The notes: a model not told the origin generated them from the sequence alone. A stretch of 63,190 nucleotides of DNA, filler included, from Licmophora abbreviata (GCA_900291995.1; 9 parts of 9 records of this genome joined end to end with filler, not necessarily neighbours in it); one strand, 5' to 3'; shown: positions 23,130-35,339, numbered from the whole stretch's first letter. Made by a program: numbers and translations.

Positions 23130-23522
23130 CTACTTGTCGGTGTCCCCACTCTCCTCTCGAAGGATCTTGAGTGTATCCATCAAGAGAGGGTCGCCTGCTT
23201 TTTTCGTTTCCTTGTGGAGAACAGGATGCACATTCGGCGCATGATCCTTCAGAATCGATTCCTTGATTTTATCGTCCCACGTTTCCATGACTGTATCCAT
23301 GATGGGATCTCCGTGGCCCTGGTGCTCGGCATGCAGGGGCGTGGGAACTGCATGATGCTTGACTTCTTGCAGCAATGGGTCGCCATGTCCGGGCGCGTCA
23401 TAGGACTCGTGTGGATTGTTCGAAATCGTAGTGTTCGTCACGGCGAGGCTGTTGGTGCCTTCCTTCCAGGCAACGGAAGCCAAGGGGTCACCATGGCCTT
23501 GCAATTCTAGGAGTTCGGGCAT
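23130..23522 (-). CDS. Small His-rich protein with four (GH)GDP[LI] repeats
   Basis: QGHGDPLASV, PGHGDPLLQEV, QGHGDPIMDTV, KAGDPLLMDTL; CAA-rich 5' leader. Confidence 0.65.
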   Translation of the reverse strand: MPELLELQGHGDPLASVAWKEGTNSLAVTNTTISNNPHESYDAPGHGDPLLQEVKHHAVPTPLHAEHQGHGDPIMDTVMETWDDKIKESILKDHAPNVHPVLHKETKKAGDPLLMDTLKILREESGDTDK

Positions 23523-23924
23523 GATGCTCAGTGCTTAAGTTGATTGTTGATTGTTGTTAAGACTGTTCTTATGTTTGATTTGTGAATGACGAGAAGCCTC
23601 GAAAAGAAAAAACATGAAGTGAGAAAGCCCGAGGTGTCAACTTTCAACTTTGAACTTTGAGAACTTGATGGAATCTGACTTTGAGTCGTATTGATCGAAC
23701 TCCAAAACGCTTTGGAGCCATTTTTTTGGAATCTGGAATGTTTGATGTTTTCAAAGTTTTTGAAAATGGCGCCCTAGCCAAGTTCAAAGTCCCAGGGGCC
23801 ACGGGCCAAGCCACTTGGAACCGAAGAAACATCAGCGTCGCGATTGACCTGTGGACCATTTTACTTTGTGGAGGCCCAAGGCTGGCTTGCTACTGGTTGC
23901 AGTGCTGCTGACCCTCAGAGCACG

Positions 23925-25425
23925 ATGGGAAATCAGTTTCATGAGTGCCTGTGCGTTTGGTTGTGTTTGAACGCTCTTTTGGTGAATGGTTTCGTCGCGC
24001 AATCCTCGTGTCATCGGTCGCTACTCCGGTTGACTGCCGCGGGTGCTGACATTGAACAGTCTCCCGCTGGCACAGCTTCTAGGGCTCCACAAAGACCGTC
24101 AGACTCATCGATGTCACCGCCCAATAGAGGAAATGTCAATGAAATTGATTTTTGCATCGCACCTGCAGACGTGTCTCTGTCACGGTCCTACAGCATCAGC
24201 GCCGCCCCTGATGTCGACGGTAGTACCAGTACACCCCAAACACTTTCCCTAACAAGAGCACTCAACAATGCCTCGAATCGTGCGATTCGGCGAATATTGT
24301 TAGCTCGATCATGGCCTTCGGCGGAAGCTTTGAATCTCAGTTTGAGACAGGTACTAGCCGAACGAGCAGCTAAAGAGCAAAAACAGTCGCCCGATATCCC
24401 ACTGGAAGACGACGAGGGACAGCAATCAGGCGGGTCGGAATATGTAGATAGCAGTGGTAGTTCTGCAAAGTGCCCGGTGCCCCGGCCCATTTTGAATATT
24501 CTTATGCGACGGAGGAATGATCCACAGAACGCTGTGTCAGGTGAGGGCGACAAGACTCCACGTCCCCGAAGTCGAACGGACGAAGAGTATGTGGCGGATC
24601 AGATTCGTGCATTTCGGGATCGGTACAGTGTCCTTCCAGGTTATCCTCTTGCAGAGGCATACTTGGAGTGTATCTTGAGCTTGGCGACTAGTGGGGTTGA
24701 GTCCACCCGCGTGGAGGAAGTCATGGAAGGTGGAGCATATGACAATTCCTATCGCCGTGTCAAAGTCGTGTTGGCTAGCGTCGGAGTTGTATTCGAACCG
24801 CTCCCAAGTCACCCCAGTCGGCAACGGATTGCAGAAAAGTTGATTGACCAAGACATCTGTCTGTCAATGTTGGACAAGATCAGCCTGAAGATGGAAGACG
24901 CCGGCAAGAACGTGACAACAACACGGCACCTGTCCGAGAACAAGACTTCAGATGCCGGGGAGGAAGCAGAGTGGGAGGATGCTGAAGCCGAGGAGTTGGA
25001 GGAGCTTCCAGAGCGAAAGGAAAAGAAAGGAAATGGCGAGGGAAAATTTTTTCTTAAGTTTTGGANNNNNNNNNNNNNNNNNNNNNNNNNNNNNNNNNNN
25101 NNNNNNNNNTTAATTAATTAANNNNNNNNNNNNNNNNNNNNNNNNNNNNNNNNNNNNNNNNNNNNATCCTGGACCGACACATCTTGACACGTGCACCTTC
25201 CAGGTGTTGAGTGACGACGGCACGATTCTCCAGTACAGAGGGTTCATTGATCGAGGGGCTCGGCTGGAAGCTCGATTCTCCAAGCGTTCTATTCGAATCC
25301 GTGGATCAGTCATGTTCCAGATGCGGGACGGCGACAATGTTATCATGGGAGAAGACTACTGGAGAGATATGCTACCGATCAACTACAAGACTGGGACGAC
25401 CAAGTTTGTCATGACCAAGCAATAG
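23925..25425 (+). CDS. Plastid-targeted protein of unknown function spanning a gap
   Basis: Signal peptide + NG-FVAQ from ATG 23925; open to gap 25066; probable C-terminus 25166-25425 (...GTTKFVMTKQ). The join is inferred. Confidence 0.65.
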
Positions 25426-25445
25426 CCCTGATGATAACTGGGGAA

Positions 25446-26516
25446 TCAGCACCATTGCCTTTGGCTCCTGCCGCCAAGGGGCTTGTCGTTTCGAGCCTCG
25501 CGAACTCCTGAGCGCTGCTGGGATGAGCCTTTGCGCTGTGATGATTTCAGCATCTGAAGTCTTTCCCTGTGAGGACGTGAGGACAAATGTTCCTTCAGCT
25601 GCACCGGACTCGTAAACTGCTTCCGACACAATTTACAATACGATCCTTTTCGTTCCATTTCTACTGCCTTTCTATGAAATTCAGTTCTTTTGTGCTGTAA
25701 GAACCCAGTCTGGTCCGAATATTGTTTGGCACAGACTCGACAGTAGAATGGCAGCCGCTCTGATGAGCGCGCCACGTATCCACTCAGAACCTCCTTCACG
25801 GCTTCCTCCAGTCCCTGCGACGTCATGCCTGTCTTCGGTTCCTTCTTCTTGGTGTCTTCGTCCCCGTCAATTCCTTTTAGTTTTCGCCGCTTGCTCTGTG
25901 GAAGACAGCTTGCGGGTAGTGGCTCAATGCGCTCCATTGCAACTTCCGAGAGACATACTACTTCTGTTTCGTCTGCTGGAGAGGACGCTACAAACGCATC
26001 AATCTCTCGAACAGAATTGGGGCCAAATCGTATTCTCCTATCGGACGATGAATCCTGATCCTGGTCGTCCTCAACTTCCGATCCCTCTTCGCTCTCCACG
26101 TCATTCGCAAGTTCTGCTTCGAGCCTCCTAATTTCCTCGTCGATATCAACAGTTTCAATCTCTTGCTTGTTCGATTCAGTGGTCGCTGTTTTCTCCGGAG
26201 CTTCGGGTGTACGGTCCGAGGCGGCTCGCCTTCGAAGTAGCTCTCCCATCGTCAAGGAAGAGTCATACTTCCCGCTGCCTTCCCCAGCGCTGGATGAAGA
26301 GCTTGACGAGGAATCTACCCATTGGTAAGAGTCTTCCCCTCTTCTCTCGACAAGGCCGCGGGCCACCAGCTTATCGAGCGCCTTTAAAACGTGTTTTCCT
26401 CGTATTCTTGGATGATGGCGCTGTATTTCAGTTTTCAAGTCGATCCGTGACCTGGCAGTCCTCGTTCCTTTCAGAAGGGACCGCAGGCCCTCTTTCGCCT
26501 GTCTAGAACGTTTCAT
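25446..26516 (-). CDS. Nuclear protein with two matrin/U1-type C2H2 zinc fingers and basic N-terminal winged-helix-like segment
   Basis: FYCRVCAKQY...QHKRTEFH and YCKLCRKQF...EHLSSRPH; KRRKLK NLS. Confidence 0.8.
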   Translation of the reverse strand: MKRSRQAKEGLRSLLKGTRTARSRIDLKTEIQRHHPRIRGKHVLKALDKLVARGLVERRGEDSYQWVDSSSSSSSSAGEGSGKYDSSLTMGELLRRRAASDRTPEAPEKTATTESNKQEIETVDIDEEIRRLEAELANDVESEEGSEVEDDQDQDSSSDRRIRFGPNSVREIDAFVASSPADETEVVCLSEVAMERIEPLPASCLPQSKRRKLKGIDGDEDTKKKEPKTGMTSQGLEEAVKEVLSGYVARSSERLPFYCRVCAKQYSDQTGFLQHKRTEFHRKAVEMERKGSYCKLCRKQFTSPVQLKEHLSSRPHRERLQMLKSSQRKGSSQQRSGVREARNDKPLGGRSQRQWC

Positions 26517-26866
26517 CGTTTGTATTCCTATACTGAGAGGATGAGTGTGAATGGACTCCGCGTCGAACAAAAGTACATCGACGACTTATATTGTGAACAG
26601 TCTCTTCATCAATCTCTCTTCGCGTCGTTACCACACATCGCGGCGTCGCGCCGCCCGTTCATTGTGTGTGTGTGCCTCTTTTTTCGGAAAGTGCGTCTGT
26701 CCGCCGCGCGCGGCAGCGAATCTCTAGTTCGAGCTCGCTTCGCGAGCTCGAGGTCGAAAGGGGTCGTACGTACTACGTACAGACTATGTTCAATATGAAA
26801 AGATGGGCGGCACCATGTTTTCGATGACGCATTGATGTGAACGGTGAACGGCTTGAAGTGACAACC

Positions 26867-27886
26867 ATGGTACCCTCCGCGACAACCGATGTTGTGGAGG
26901 CCTCCTCGACCTTGTTATCGTCTGTCACAGGGAATTCGAATCTAGTCGGGGCAACATGGATGATTTCGTCAGCGCTGCTGACCACGTACAGTACCACCAA
27001 GTATCTCAAGTACGAGCCATCGGTCGGCGTGTCATCAACGAGGAAATCAGTCTTGAGGCTGTCGAGGCCGACTCTGCTCACGCTATCTCGATTCGGAGGG
27101 TCCCTGTTCTTGGGTCTCCTGGCCCATCCTGATCTGGGGGTATCCACGAGAGTACGAGAAGTGCTGCAAAGTCTTTCAGATTTCGCGTTGCCCGCTGTCT
27201 TCCTATTTGTCGCTAACTTTTGCAACTCCATCAGCCTCGACCGCATTGGTATTTCCCTCACGTACACTTCAAAATGTGCCATACCACTCATGACCGTCTT
27301 GTTGACACTCCTGTTGGATGGTTCCAAGGCACTGCCTGACACATATGCGCTACTATCGCTCCTGCCGATTGCACTAGGCATCGCAGCTGCTTCGTGGAAT
27401 TCGCCCACCTTTGAAGCCTTCGGGTTCGCAGCCGCCATGGTTTCATGTATCTCTCAAAGTGCCCTGAATGTCAGCAGTAAACGCGCAATGACGAAAACTG
27501 GACTGTCGGGGCCCAAAGCCCAGCGATGTATGGTAGCGGTGGGCTTGCTTTTTGCCATCGTTTACTCAGGGTTCCAAACCGTGGCCGCAGCAGCACAGCA
27601 GCCAGACTCCGAAGCACTGGGTCAGCGACCACAACCGCCACCGACATGGCTAGCGTCCCTGGCGGTCCTAGCCTATCACATCGAGTATGTGCTGTCTTTC
27701 ATGTTTGTAGGGCTGGTGGAACCCATCACGTACGGTGCTTGCGATGCCGTGCGACGTTTGTCGATCATCCTCTCGGGTCGATGGATGTTCGGAGGGGAAC
27801 CATTTACAAAACTCAACATTTCCGGTATTGGACTGGCCCTATTAGGAGCGCTGTCGTACTCCGTTGCAAGTTCCACCGCTAGCTAG
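26867..27886 (+). CDS. Triose-phosphate/nucleotide-sugar transporter (TPT/DMT) family protein
   Basis: Multiple TM helices; ISLTYTSKCAIP, ALNVSSKR, VEPITYGACDAVRRL, GIGLALLGALSY. Confidence 0.82.
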   Translation: MVPSATTDVVEASSTLLSSVTGNSNLVGATWMISSALLTTYSTTKYLKYEPSVGVSSTRKSVLRLSRPTLLTLSRFGGSLFLGLLAHPDLGVSTRVREVLQSLSDFALPAVFLFVANFCNSISLDRIGISLTYTSKCAIPLMTVLLTLLLDGSKALPDTYALLSLLPIALGIAAASWNSPTFEAFGFAAAMVSCISQSALNVSSKRAMTKTGLSGPKAQRCMVAVGLLFAIVYSGFQTVAAAAQQPDSEALGQRPQPPPTWLASLAVLAYHIEYVLSFMFVGLVEPITYGACDAVRRLSIILSGRWMFGGEPFTKLNISGIGLALLGALSYSVASSTAS

Positions 27887-28747
27887 CTTGTAAACGAAAT
27901 TGAAATNNNNNNNNNNNNNNNNNNNNNNNNNNNNNNNNNNNNNNNNNNNNTTAATTAATTAANNNNNNNNNNNNNNNNNNNNNNNNNNNNNNNNNNNNNN
28001 NNNNNNCACTACGCAGGATAGCACTGCGAGGGTGACGAGACAGCGGCAAGGCTGCAGCCGTACCAGTAGTCGTCATTCGTCATTGTTGGAATTGGGCTTG
28101 GGAATTGGAGATCTGGAGTTGAGGAACAGGTTCTGAGCGCCAATCTGAAATCGTAATGCGACCATAACCCGATCGCACCGGCGGGGGAGAAGGAATAACA
28201 TCAACTGTGTCATGAGGGAGCTTGGGACGACATCAGCTGAAATGGAGAAACAAAGTGAGGTCGGAAGAAGGTCCAGTACTGCTAGAGATAGTCCTTCCTG
28301 TAATAGCTAGCTACTTTGTCCTAGTATTGTTCTCCCAAACAATTTACCGCCATGCTAAGCTCGGTTCGAGACCGCCACCGTCCCATGTTCTAGGATGACG
28401 ACAAGCAGCTATACACCAGCATGGTATATTCCTGATAATCAATCAACATGGTAAGGGTGTGACGCCGATGCTAATGATGATGTGATGTGAGATGAGATGA
28501 CACGCACCCCATTTTGAAAAGAGCTCGTCACTTGGGGAGCTCGGGACCTCACTTGCGATTTTTTTTCTTTTACGAGCTCGTAGTCACAAAAAGCTCACAC
28601 CATTCCCCACTGATGGTTTTGGCTGTGAAGCTGTGTGCTCGTTGTACATGCCTTCTTCCATTGGCTCTGATGTATTGCTGTGTTCGGCATCATACAATAC
28701 CCGGACGCTGACGAAAGGCTCTTCTCTTGCCCCCTGCCGCCACATCC

Positions 28748-29875
28748 ATGCCTACTTTTAGATCCATCAGCGTTCATCCGGACTTGCAAAAGCTCCTTGC
28801 AACTTTGGATCCACCGATTGAGACACCGCAAGCGTTGCTCTCTAGAGATCCCGCGTTACTAGCTGCCGTGCTCCAGGTGCCATCACTGCGCCAAATTGAC
28901 GAACTAAGAGCTGCTGTGGCCGATGCGCTGATATCCAAGACTCTCTATGGTAGCAGAGCACTGCGGGTCACTGCCGCGGCCGCCGATTCGGAGGAAACCG
29001 ACAGCTCTCGCCGTCCTCGTCCACTGATTGTTGGCGCTACGACAGCATTGGACTTGCTATCATATCAGACAAGTCTCCTTGGTCGACCGGGCATATCCAG
29101 TGGGAGTCTACAGCTCGATCGGCTGTTTTCGGCAAGCCATGGTGAATCTGGATTGCGATTCGGTTGTGTGACACAATTGACGGGTCCACCAGGCTCGTGC
29201 AAGACGCAGCTCGCGCTGGCCTTGGCGAAATCGCATGCCTCATCAAGTCGGAAGGTGTACTATTTCGCAAGTGGCTTTGGACATGGAACACTGTATCCCC
29301 TCACAAGGCGACTGCAGCACTTTTGTACCGAAGACAACTTTCAGATCATTCTGCAAAATATTGCCTTTACGACTGTTTCGAATGGACACGAGGCATTGCT
29401 GGAGCTTCAGAAGCTACTACAAAAAGAGCGACACAGTCAGACTGAGGATAAGGAAAATGCAACGCCTGCACTACTGATACTAGACTCTGCGTCAGGCTGT
29501 CTGTCAGAAGATTTGTACGCATCGGGGGAGGGCGGCGCTATACGGGCCCAGCAGGTAGGATTCACTCTTCGTACCCTGGCACGCCACTGTGGCTTGGCGG
29601 TGCTGGTCACAAACGGGACCGTTTCGGGTGGCGATAGCAGCAAAGCGGCGATGGGCAACAAGTGGGATGTCGGAGATATTTCACTGTGGTTGGAGGGTGA
29701 AGATAGAGACAGATTGCAGCAAGTTGACAGGCCTGACATTCCCGTCGTCGTTCTTCCGCGAAAGGTTGTCCACGCCCGTCTCGTCGAGGACCGAAACGCT
29801 CTTCATGACAGGGAAGAAATAAGCGCAGCTCGCTTTGCTGTCACTGCCAATGGAATCTCCGACGCTGCTGTGTAA
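28748..29875 (+). CDS. RAD51 paralog, RAD51D-like
   Basis: ISSGSLQLDRLF...GLRFGCVTQLTGPPGSCKTQLAL (Walker A variant), LLILDSA (Walker B), LAVLVTN, KAAMGNKW. Confidence 0.78.
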   Translation: MPTFRSISVHPDLQKLLATLDPPIETPQALLSRDPALLAAVLQVPSLRQIDELRAAVADALISKTLYGSRALRVTAAAADSEETDSSRRPRPLIVGATTALDLLSYQTSLLGRPGISSGSLQLDRLFSASHGESGLRFGCVTQLTGPPGSCKTQLALALAKSHASSSRKVYYFASGFGHGTLYPLTRRLQHFCTEDNFQIILQNIAFTTVSNGHEALLELQKLLQKERHSQTEDKENATPALLILDSASGCLSEDLYASGEGGAIRAQQVGFTLRTLARHCGLAVLVTNGTVSGGDSSKAAMGNKWDVGDISLWLEGEDRDRLQQVDRPDIPVVVLPRKVVHARLVEDRNALHDREEISAARFAVTANGISDAAV

Positions 29876-29960
29876 GACCCTCATGCTTTTAGAACTACAC
29901 TTCATTTTCAGCGTGAACGAGTCGAAGGCAAGCAAGGGAGTCAAGTCACATTCATTCTAC

Positions 29961-31458
29961 TTATTTCTGTGCATGTCGTACCCTTTCTATCCACGTCGGC
30001 CAGAAACTATGAAATCGCTCCATTGCCTTTCGTACTGTTTCGATGCCACCCGCGTATGAGATCCGAAATCGTCGGTCGCCCAAGCTCGTGGAGGGATCTT
30101 CAAAGTCATTGCCTGGTGTAAATGCCACATACTCTTCTTCCAGCAATGCACGGCACATGGCCACCGAACCGAATCCCGGGGACACGTTGTTTTCTCCGAG
30201 GTCAACGTAGATGTAAAAGCCACCGTCGGCTGGAGCGATATTTTCCTGATCGAGCTCCTTTATGCTCGCAAGCTCATTTAAAATCAAGGTTCGACTCGTC
30301 CGATACTTTTCCACGTGCATTTCGAGTTCCTGTATCGTTTCGCTGTCCCAACATTTCATTGCGGCTGTCTGCGAAATGGTCGGGGCATTGATAAACATAT
30401 TCTGCTGTAGAGAATTGATGGGATCAATGAGCGCCTCCGGGATCACCATCCAACCAAGCCTCCAGCCTGACACTGTCGGAGAAAGAGAGAGGTGACGCGA
30501 TGCTTGTAAGAGATGAAACCATTCTATACGCCGTACAAAGTACCCCACGCCATAGCTACGTACTCGAGTAGTACTTGCTGAAGCTGTTGATGACGAGCGC
30601 CTTGCTTGAGTAGGTCAATGCCGTCGCCTCTTTCGCTGTTCCGTACGAAATTCCATGGTAAATTTCGTCCGACAGGAACTGAATGTCGTGCTGGTCGCAC
30701 AGCTCACAGATCTCCTGCAATTCAGTAGGAGATAGCATGGCTCCAGTTGGATTTGAGGGGGATGACAAAATGAGTCCTCTCATCGGCTTTTCGTTGGCTT
30801 GCTGCCGTCGAACAATTTCCTGCTGCAGTTCGTGAGCAGTCAGTTTGAACTCTCCGTTAATACCGACAATGGCTAGATCACACCCCAGTGCCGAGAGAAT
30901 GTTGCGATAGCAAGGGTATCCAGACGACGCAATCGCGACAACATCGCCAGCATCAAAGCATGCAGTGAAAGCCAATAGAAAGCCCCCGGAGCTTCCTACC
31001 GTAACGACGATCCGATCAGTCGAAATGGGCTCTAATAATCCCGGATAGCAAGAAGTGTAGTGTTCCGCGATCTTCACTCGGAGACTCAATAAGCCAAAGG
31101 CGTCCGTGTAACCCATGACTTGAGGTGGATTGGTCAGGGCTTCGACGGCAGCCTGGGCGACGTTGGACGGAGCACCTGTTTCCGGTTGACCCACTTCGCA
31201 ATGCAGTACTTCATACCCCATGGTCTGCAGCTCATTCGCTCGCTGCAAGACATCCATCACTTTGAAACTTTCTACGGCCGAAGATCGCTGACTGACATGT
31301 ACTTCTTGTGAAGCTGATGTGGTGCTGACGTCCGACAGAAACGAGCTTGACTGCAACTTCTTGGGAGCAGCCGAAAGCGAGAACCCCGTCGCTCCAAACC
31401 CTTTCTGAGTGAGAGCATACCCTAGTGCGACTGCACAGGGAAGCGAAAACCTCCACAT
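29961..31458 (-). CDS. PLP-dependent class I/II aminotransferase, probably plastid-targeted
   Basis: SSPSNPTG, SDEIYHG; intron 30563-30473 restores SFSKYYSMSGWRLGW; DGGFYIY, FRISYA; signal peptide + TG-FSL. Confidence 0.9.
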
Positions 31459-31769
31459 CGTGATTCGAGAGGGGTGAGGCAATCTTTCAATCATCGAGTG
31501 ATGAAATGTGAGTGATGTGTGGTTGTGTCATCGCGTGGGTGAAAATGAGGCCCGCCAACGACTTGACACGGACGGCGAGCAGAGGAAGATGTTTCGACGG
31601 TTGCGAACAGTTGACTCGACTCATTCGACTTACCAGCGTCGTGGTCAAAGACTGATCACTCATCTGTGTTGCGTTGTCCTTCCATAGGTACATCCCCGAT
31701 GGAGCTGTGTGTTGTGACTTCCGTTTCGATACGTAATTTCTAACTAACAGTGCCCCATTAAGACTCAAG

Positions 31770-32912
31770 ATGATGCTGCAGAGTGTCATAAGGAACAGTC
31801 AGGGTACACTTGCTGCATGCAAGGCTGTTCAAAGAGCGCTGAGCTCAAATCCAATCGTGACGCACTCTTCCGGCAGCAGCAGCAGCAGACTGGAATCGCT
31901 CCGAGAACAGCTGGAGAATGATGCAGAAGACTTGCGTGATTTTGCGGCCACAGCTTCGCCACCCAAACGCAAGAAAGCACCTCCACGCAGTAGTAAAATT
32001 CTTCCCAAGCCTCGATGGTTAAAGGCAGCGCCTGCGACTTCGGAGAACTACAAGACTCTTCGCAGTACAGTGCGTGAACTTGGACTCGCAACAGTCTGCG
32101 AAGAAGCGCGTTGTCCGAACATTGGAGAGTGCTGGGGTGGCTCGGAGGATGGGACGGCGACTGCTACCATTATGATCATGGGCGATACATGTACGCGGGG
32201 ATGCTCGTTTTGCAGTGTTAAGACGAGTCGAGCGCCACCGCCTCTCGATCCCGAGGAACCCAACAAGGTAGCTCAGGCGATTGCCAAGTGGGGGCTTGAC
32301 TATGTCGTCCTGACCAGTGTCGATCGAGACGATCTGGAAGATCAAGGGTCAGAACATTTTCGTCAGGTCGTAGTACGTTTGAAGGAACTCATCCCTGAAC
32401 TGCTGGTTGAAGCGCTCACGCCAGACTTTCAGGGCAACAGAGAGTTGATCAAGGCAGTAGCCACATCAGGACTGGATGTATACGCACACAATATTGAAAC
32501 AGTGGAGCGTCTAACAAAGCGAGTCCGAGATCGCCGTGCTGGATACAAGCAGTCCCTGGAAGTGCTTGACTACGTCAAGTCTCTGGAAACTGGTTGTCTG
32601 ACCAAGACTTCTATCATGCTGGGACTCGGCGAAGCGCCTGAAGACGTCCGTACGACGTTGCAAGACTTGCGCTCCGTAGATGTGGATGTGGTGACGTTCG
32701 GGCAGTACCTGCAGCCCACGCGTCGTCACTTGCCAGTCAAGGAATATATTACGCCGGAAGCGTTTGAGGAGTGGCAAGCAGAAGCAGAAGGTATGGGCTT
32801 CAAGTACGTTGCCTCGGGACCTCTGGTACGCAGCAGCTACAAGGCAGGAGAATTCTTCCTCAAGAATCTCCTGACCGAGCAGAGAGAAGCTGAGAAGGCA
32901 GTTGTCAACTAG
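31770..32912 (+). CDS. LIAS: Lipoyl synthase (radical SAM), mitochondrial
   Basis: [43 protein letters not shown]. Confidence 0.96.
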   Translation: MMLQSVIRNSQGTLAACKAVQRALSSNPIVTHSSGSSSSRLESLREQLENDAEDLRDFAATASPPKRKKAPPRSSKILPKPRWLKAAPATSENYKTLRSTVRELGLATVCEEARCPNIGECWGGSEDGTATATIMIMGDTCTRGCSFCSVKTSRAPPPLDPEEPNKVAQAIAKWGLDYVVLTSVDRDDLEDQGSEHFRQVVVRLKELIPELLVEALTPDFQGNRELIKAVATSGLDVYAHNIETVERLTKRVRDRRAGYKQSLEVLDYVKSLETGCLTKTSIMLGLGEAPEDVRTTLQDLRSVDVDVVTFGQYLQPTRRHLPVKEYITPEAFEEWQAEAEGMGFKYVASGPLVRSSYKAGEFFLKNLLTEQREAEKAVVN

Positions 32913-32982
32913 ACAAAATCCAGTCGCATAGGCGCTTCAAAAGTTTGTTTTATGCTTATTATCATGTCCTCCTTTTATTCTA

Positions 32983-34202
32983 TCATAGTTCCTTCTCCTC
33001 TGCCTGTTCTTCACTTAGAATCTTCTTGATCGCTTTCTTCTGGGCGTCAGTCAACGTGTCAGGGAAGTCGACTTCAAACGTCAAATAGAGATCGCCGAAG
33101 CCCTTGCCGTTACGCCGAGGCATTCCCTTGCTCGGTACGCGCATGACGTGGTCGCACTCGGTCACCTCATCCACATTCAAGGTGAACTTATGCCCGTCCA
33201 AGTGACTCAGTGTGAGCGAAAATCCAGTCTGTGAAACAAGTCAGATGTGACAAGTGAGAGTGTGAACAATGTCAACGCGGTGAAACGAATCGCCACTCAT
33301 CAAACACGTCTGAAACTTACCAACGCATCGACCAATGGGATCTCCATAGTCTTGTACAGGTTGTCCCTGTCTCTGTGGTACACGTCATGATCTTGTTGGA
33401 CAATCAGGAAACGTAAATCGCCTGGGGTAAATCCAGGCTTTTCATCCGTTACGCCTTCAAATGTAATGTGTTCTCCAGGTCGCAATCCTGGCGAAATGTC
33501 CAGAGTGAGTTCGATTTTCTCAGTTTGGGTCTTATTGGGACACGCCTTACAGTCCTTTCGCCACATTTTTCCTCGAGCGATGCAGCGATCATCTCGCTGC
33601 TGCACCTGCTGGACGAATCCTGGCGCAAGTTGCTGCACGCGGACTCTCACGCCAGGGCCTTGACAGTCATCCGCCTTTTTCATACACTCTTCCCAGTTGA
33701 CACAGAGAACTTCACGAGAGTATTCCACATCGATGGTTTCTCCTAGGTAGAGCTGTTCCATTGTAAGATAGATTGGTATTTCGACAGAGGGAGTCTGCTG
33801 TTCTCGATCCTGACCTCGCCGACGTCCGCCTCCGAAAAACTGCGAAAAGACATCGTCGAAGCCACCTCCCCATCCGCCATCTCCTCCTCCTCCACGCTGC
33901 TCGTGCTGTTTGAGACCTTCTTCTCCGTGGCGATCATACACGTCTTTCTTGTCATCGTCCGTTAGAACTTCGTAAGCCCTGGCAATCTCGGCAAACTTGT
34001 CGGCGGCTCCCTCGTCTTTGTTTTTGTCTGGATGAAACTCGAGGCTCTTGGCGCGGTAGGCCTTTTTGATCTCCTTGTGAGTCGCATCTCTCGAGATTCC
34101 CAGCAACTGATAAAAGTCTGTAGCTATCACGGAAACCTGAAGAACAGAGAGCAGTGCCAGTACATACTGGCAGAGAAAGCGCCGTGGACGGGGCATCGTC
34201 AT
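32983..34202 (-). CDS. DNAJB11: ER-luminal DnaJ protein (ERdj3/DNAJB11 type), 2 exons
   Basis: Signal peptide; J-domain with HPDKN; G/F region; QLAPGFVQQVQ; intron 33320-33229; C-terminal EKEL retention-like signal. Confidence 0.88.
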
Positions 34203-34537
34203 GGTCGAACGCGATGGAAGTTTGCAACCGTCGGCGCGGTGGCGCGGTCATCCCTCCCGCGATCCAATGCTGTAGAATCTACGTAGAAACTAGTACTCAA
34301 AGAGTGGGAAAATGACTGGAGAGAGTGAGTCGAATGAGTCAAAACCTACCGACCCCTTTGACTCAATGGATTTCATCAGCTTCCACGTTGAACCTGCGGT
34401 TTTCCCGCCAAACGTATCGTGCGACTTCAAGTTCGAGGCCCGCGTCGCGGGGGGGGGAGGATGATGTGCCTCACAAACTGTCGAACAACTTGTTCCTTGC
34501 CTCTTTATCTTGGTAGAAATACAATCGCACTACCACC

Positions 34538-35339
34538 ATGAAGCTCGTTCGTGCCCTCTTGGCGGCTGCTGTCGCCTCCGCGTCACTCACCTCGGCTGGT
34601 GCTGCCGATGCCAAGGCCGACGCCCTGCGAGACCTTCAAATGGGTATGGAGGGACTCCAGGCTGCCACCAAGGATCCAGCACTGCTGGCACAGCTGATGC
34701 AGGATCTTCAGGTATGATAAACTTGGGAGAAGTCTTGGGTGTTCTTCGCTCGGTCTGATCTTCCTCTTGTACTCACTGTCTTGGCCACTCGCTCATGCCC
34801 ACAAACAGGACCCTGAAATGATGGCCGAGGCCAAGAAGATGATGGACAACCCAGAATTCAAAAAGCAAATGAAGAGGATGTCGAACAGCAAGGACTTCAA
34901 GAACAGGTGAGTTTTGAGAGCCAATGTCACTGGTAGGGAATCGCCTGAACCCTGTTCCTCACTCGTATCGTCTTGCTTTCTCTCGCTCTCTGCGCTCTAT
35001 GAACACAGCGTAAAGCAGTCGGTCGACATTATGAAGGACCCCAACACCGCGGCCCAGATGGAGGCCAAGATGGAGCACATGGTCAATGTCGGTAATAACG
35101 AGCTCAAAAAGAATGCTCAGGATGCCATGGTAGAAGCTATGAACTCTATGAAGGATCCTGAAGTCATGGAGGAGATGACTCGAATGATGAAGGACCCCAG
35201 TTTCCAAGGACAACTAGCGGCCATGGCCAAAGACCCGTCTTTCCAGAATTACATGAAAGCAATGGAGGGAATGATGCAGGATCCTGCGACCAGGCGCCAG
35301 ATGGATGAGATGAAGGATTCGATCCGAGCGTCGTTGTAG
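34538..35339 (+). CDS. Signal-peptide-bearing Met-rich STI1/DP-repeat protein, 3 exons
   Basis: MKLVRALLAAAVASASLTSAGA; introns 34712-34808 and 34907-35008; repeated DPEMM/DPEVM/DPSFQ helices. Confidence 0.78.

Noticed and set aside
23590..23830. AT-rich T-tract segment, possible MITE (similar tracts at ~5330-5400 and ~9690-9740)
   Set aside because: No terminal inverted repeats or target-site duplication found; compatible with ordinary nucleosome-depleted promoter DNA.
28007..28215. Possible 5' end of a minus-strand gene running into the gap
   Set aside because: Too short; no frame gives a convincing start plus motif.
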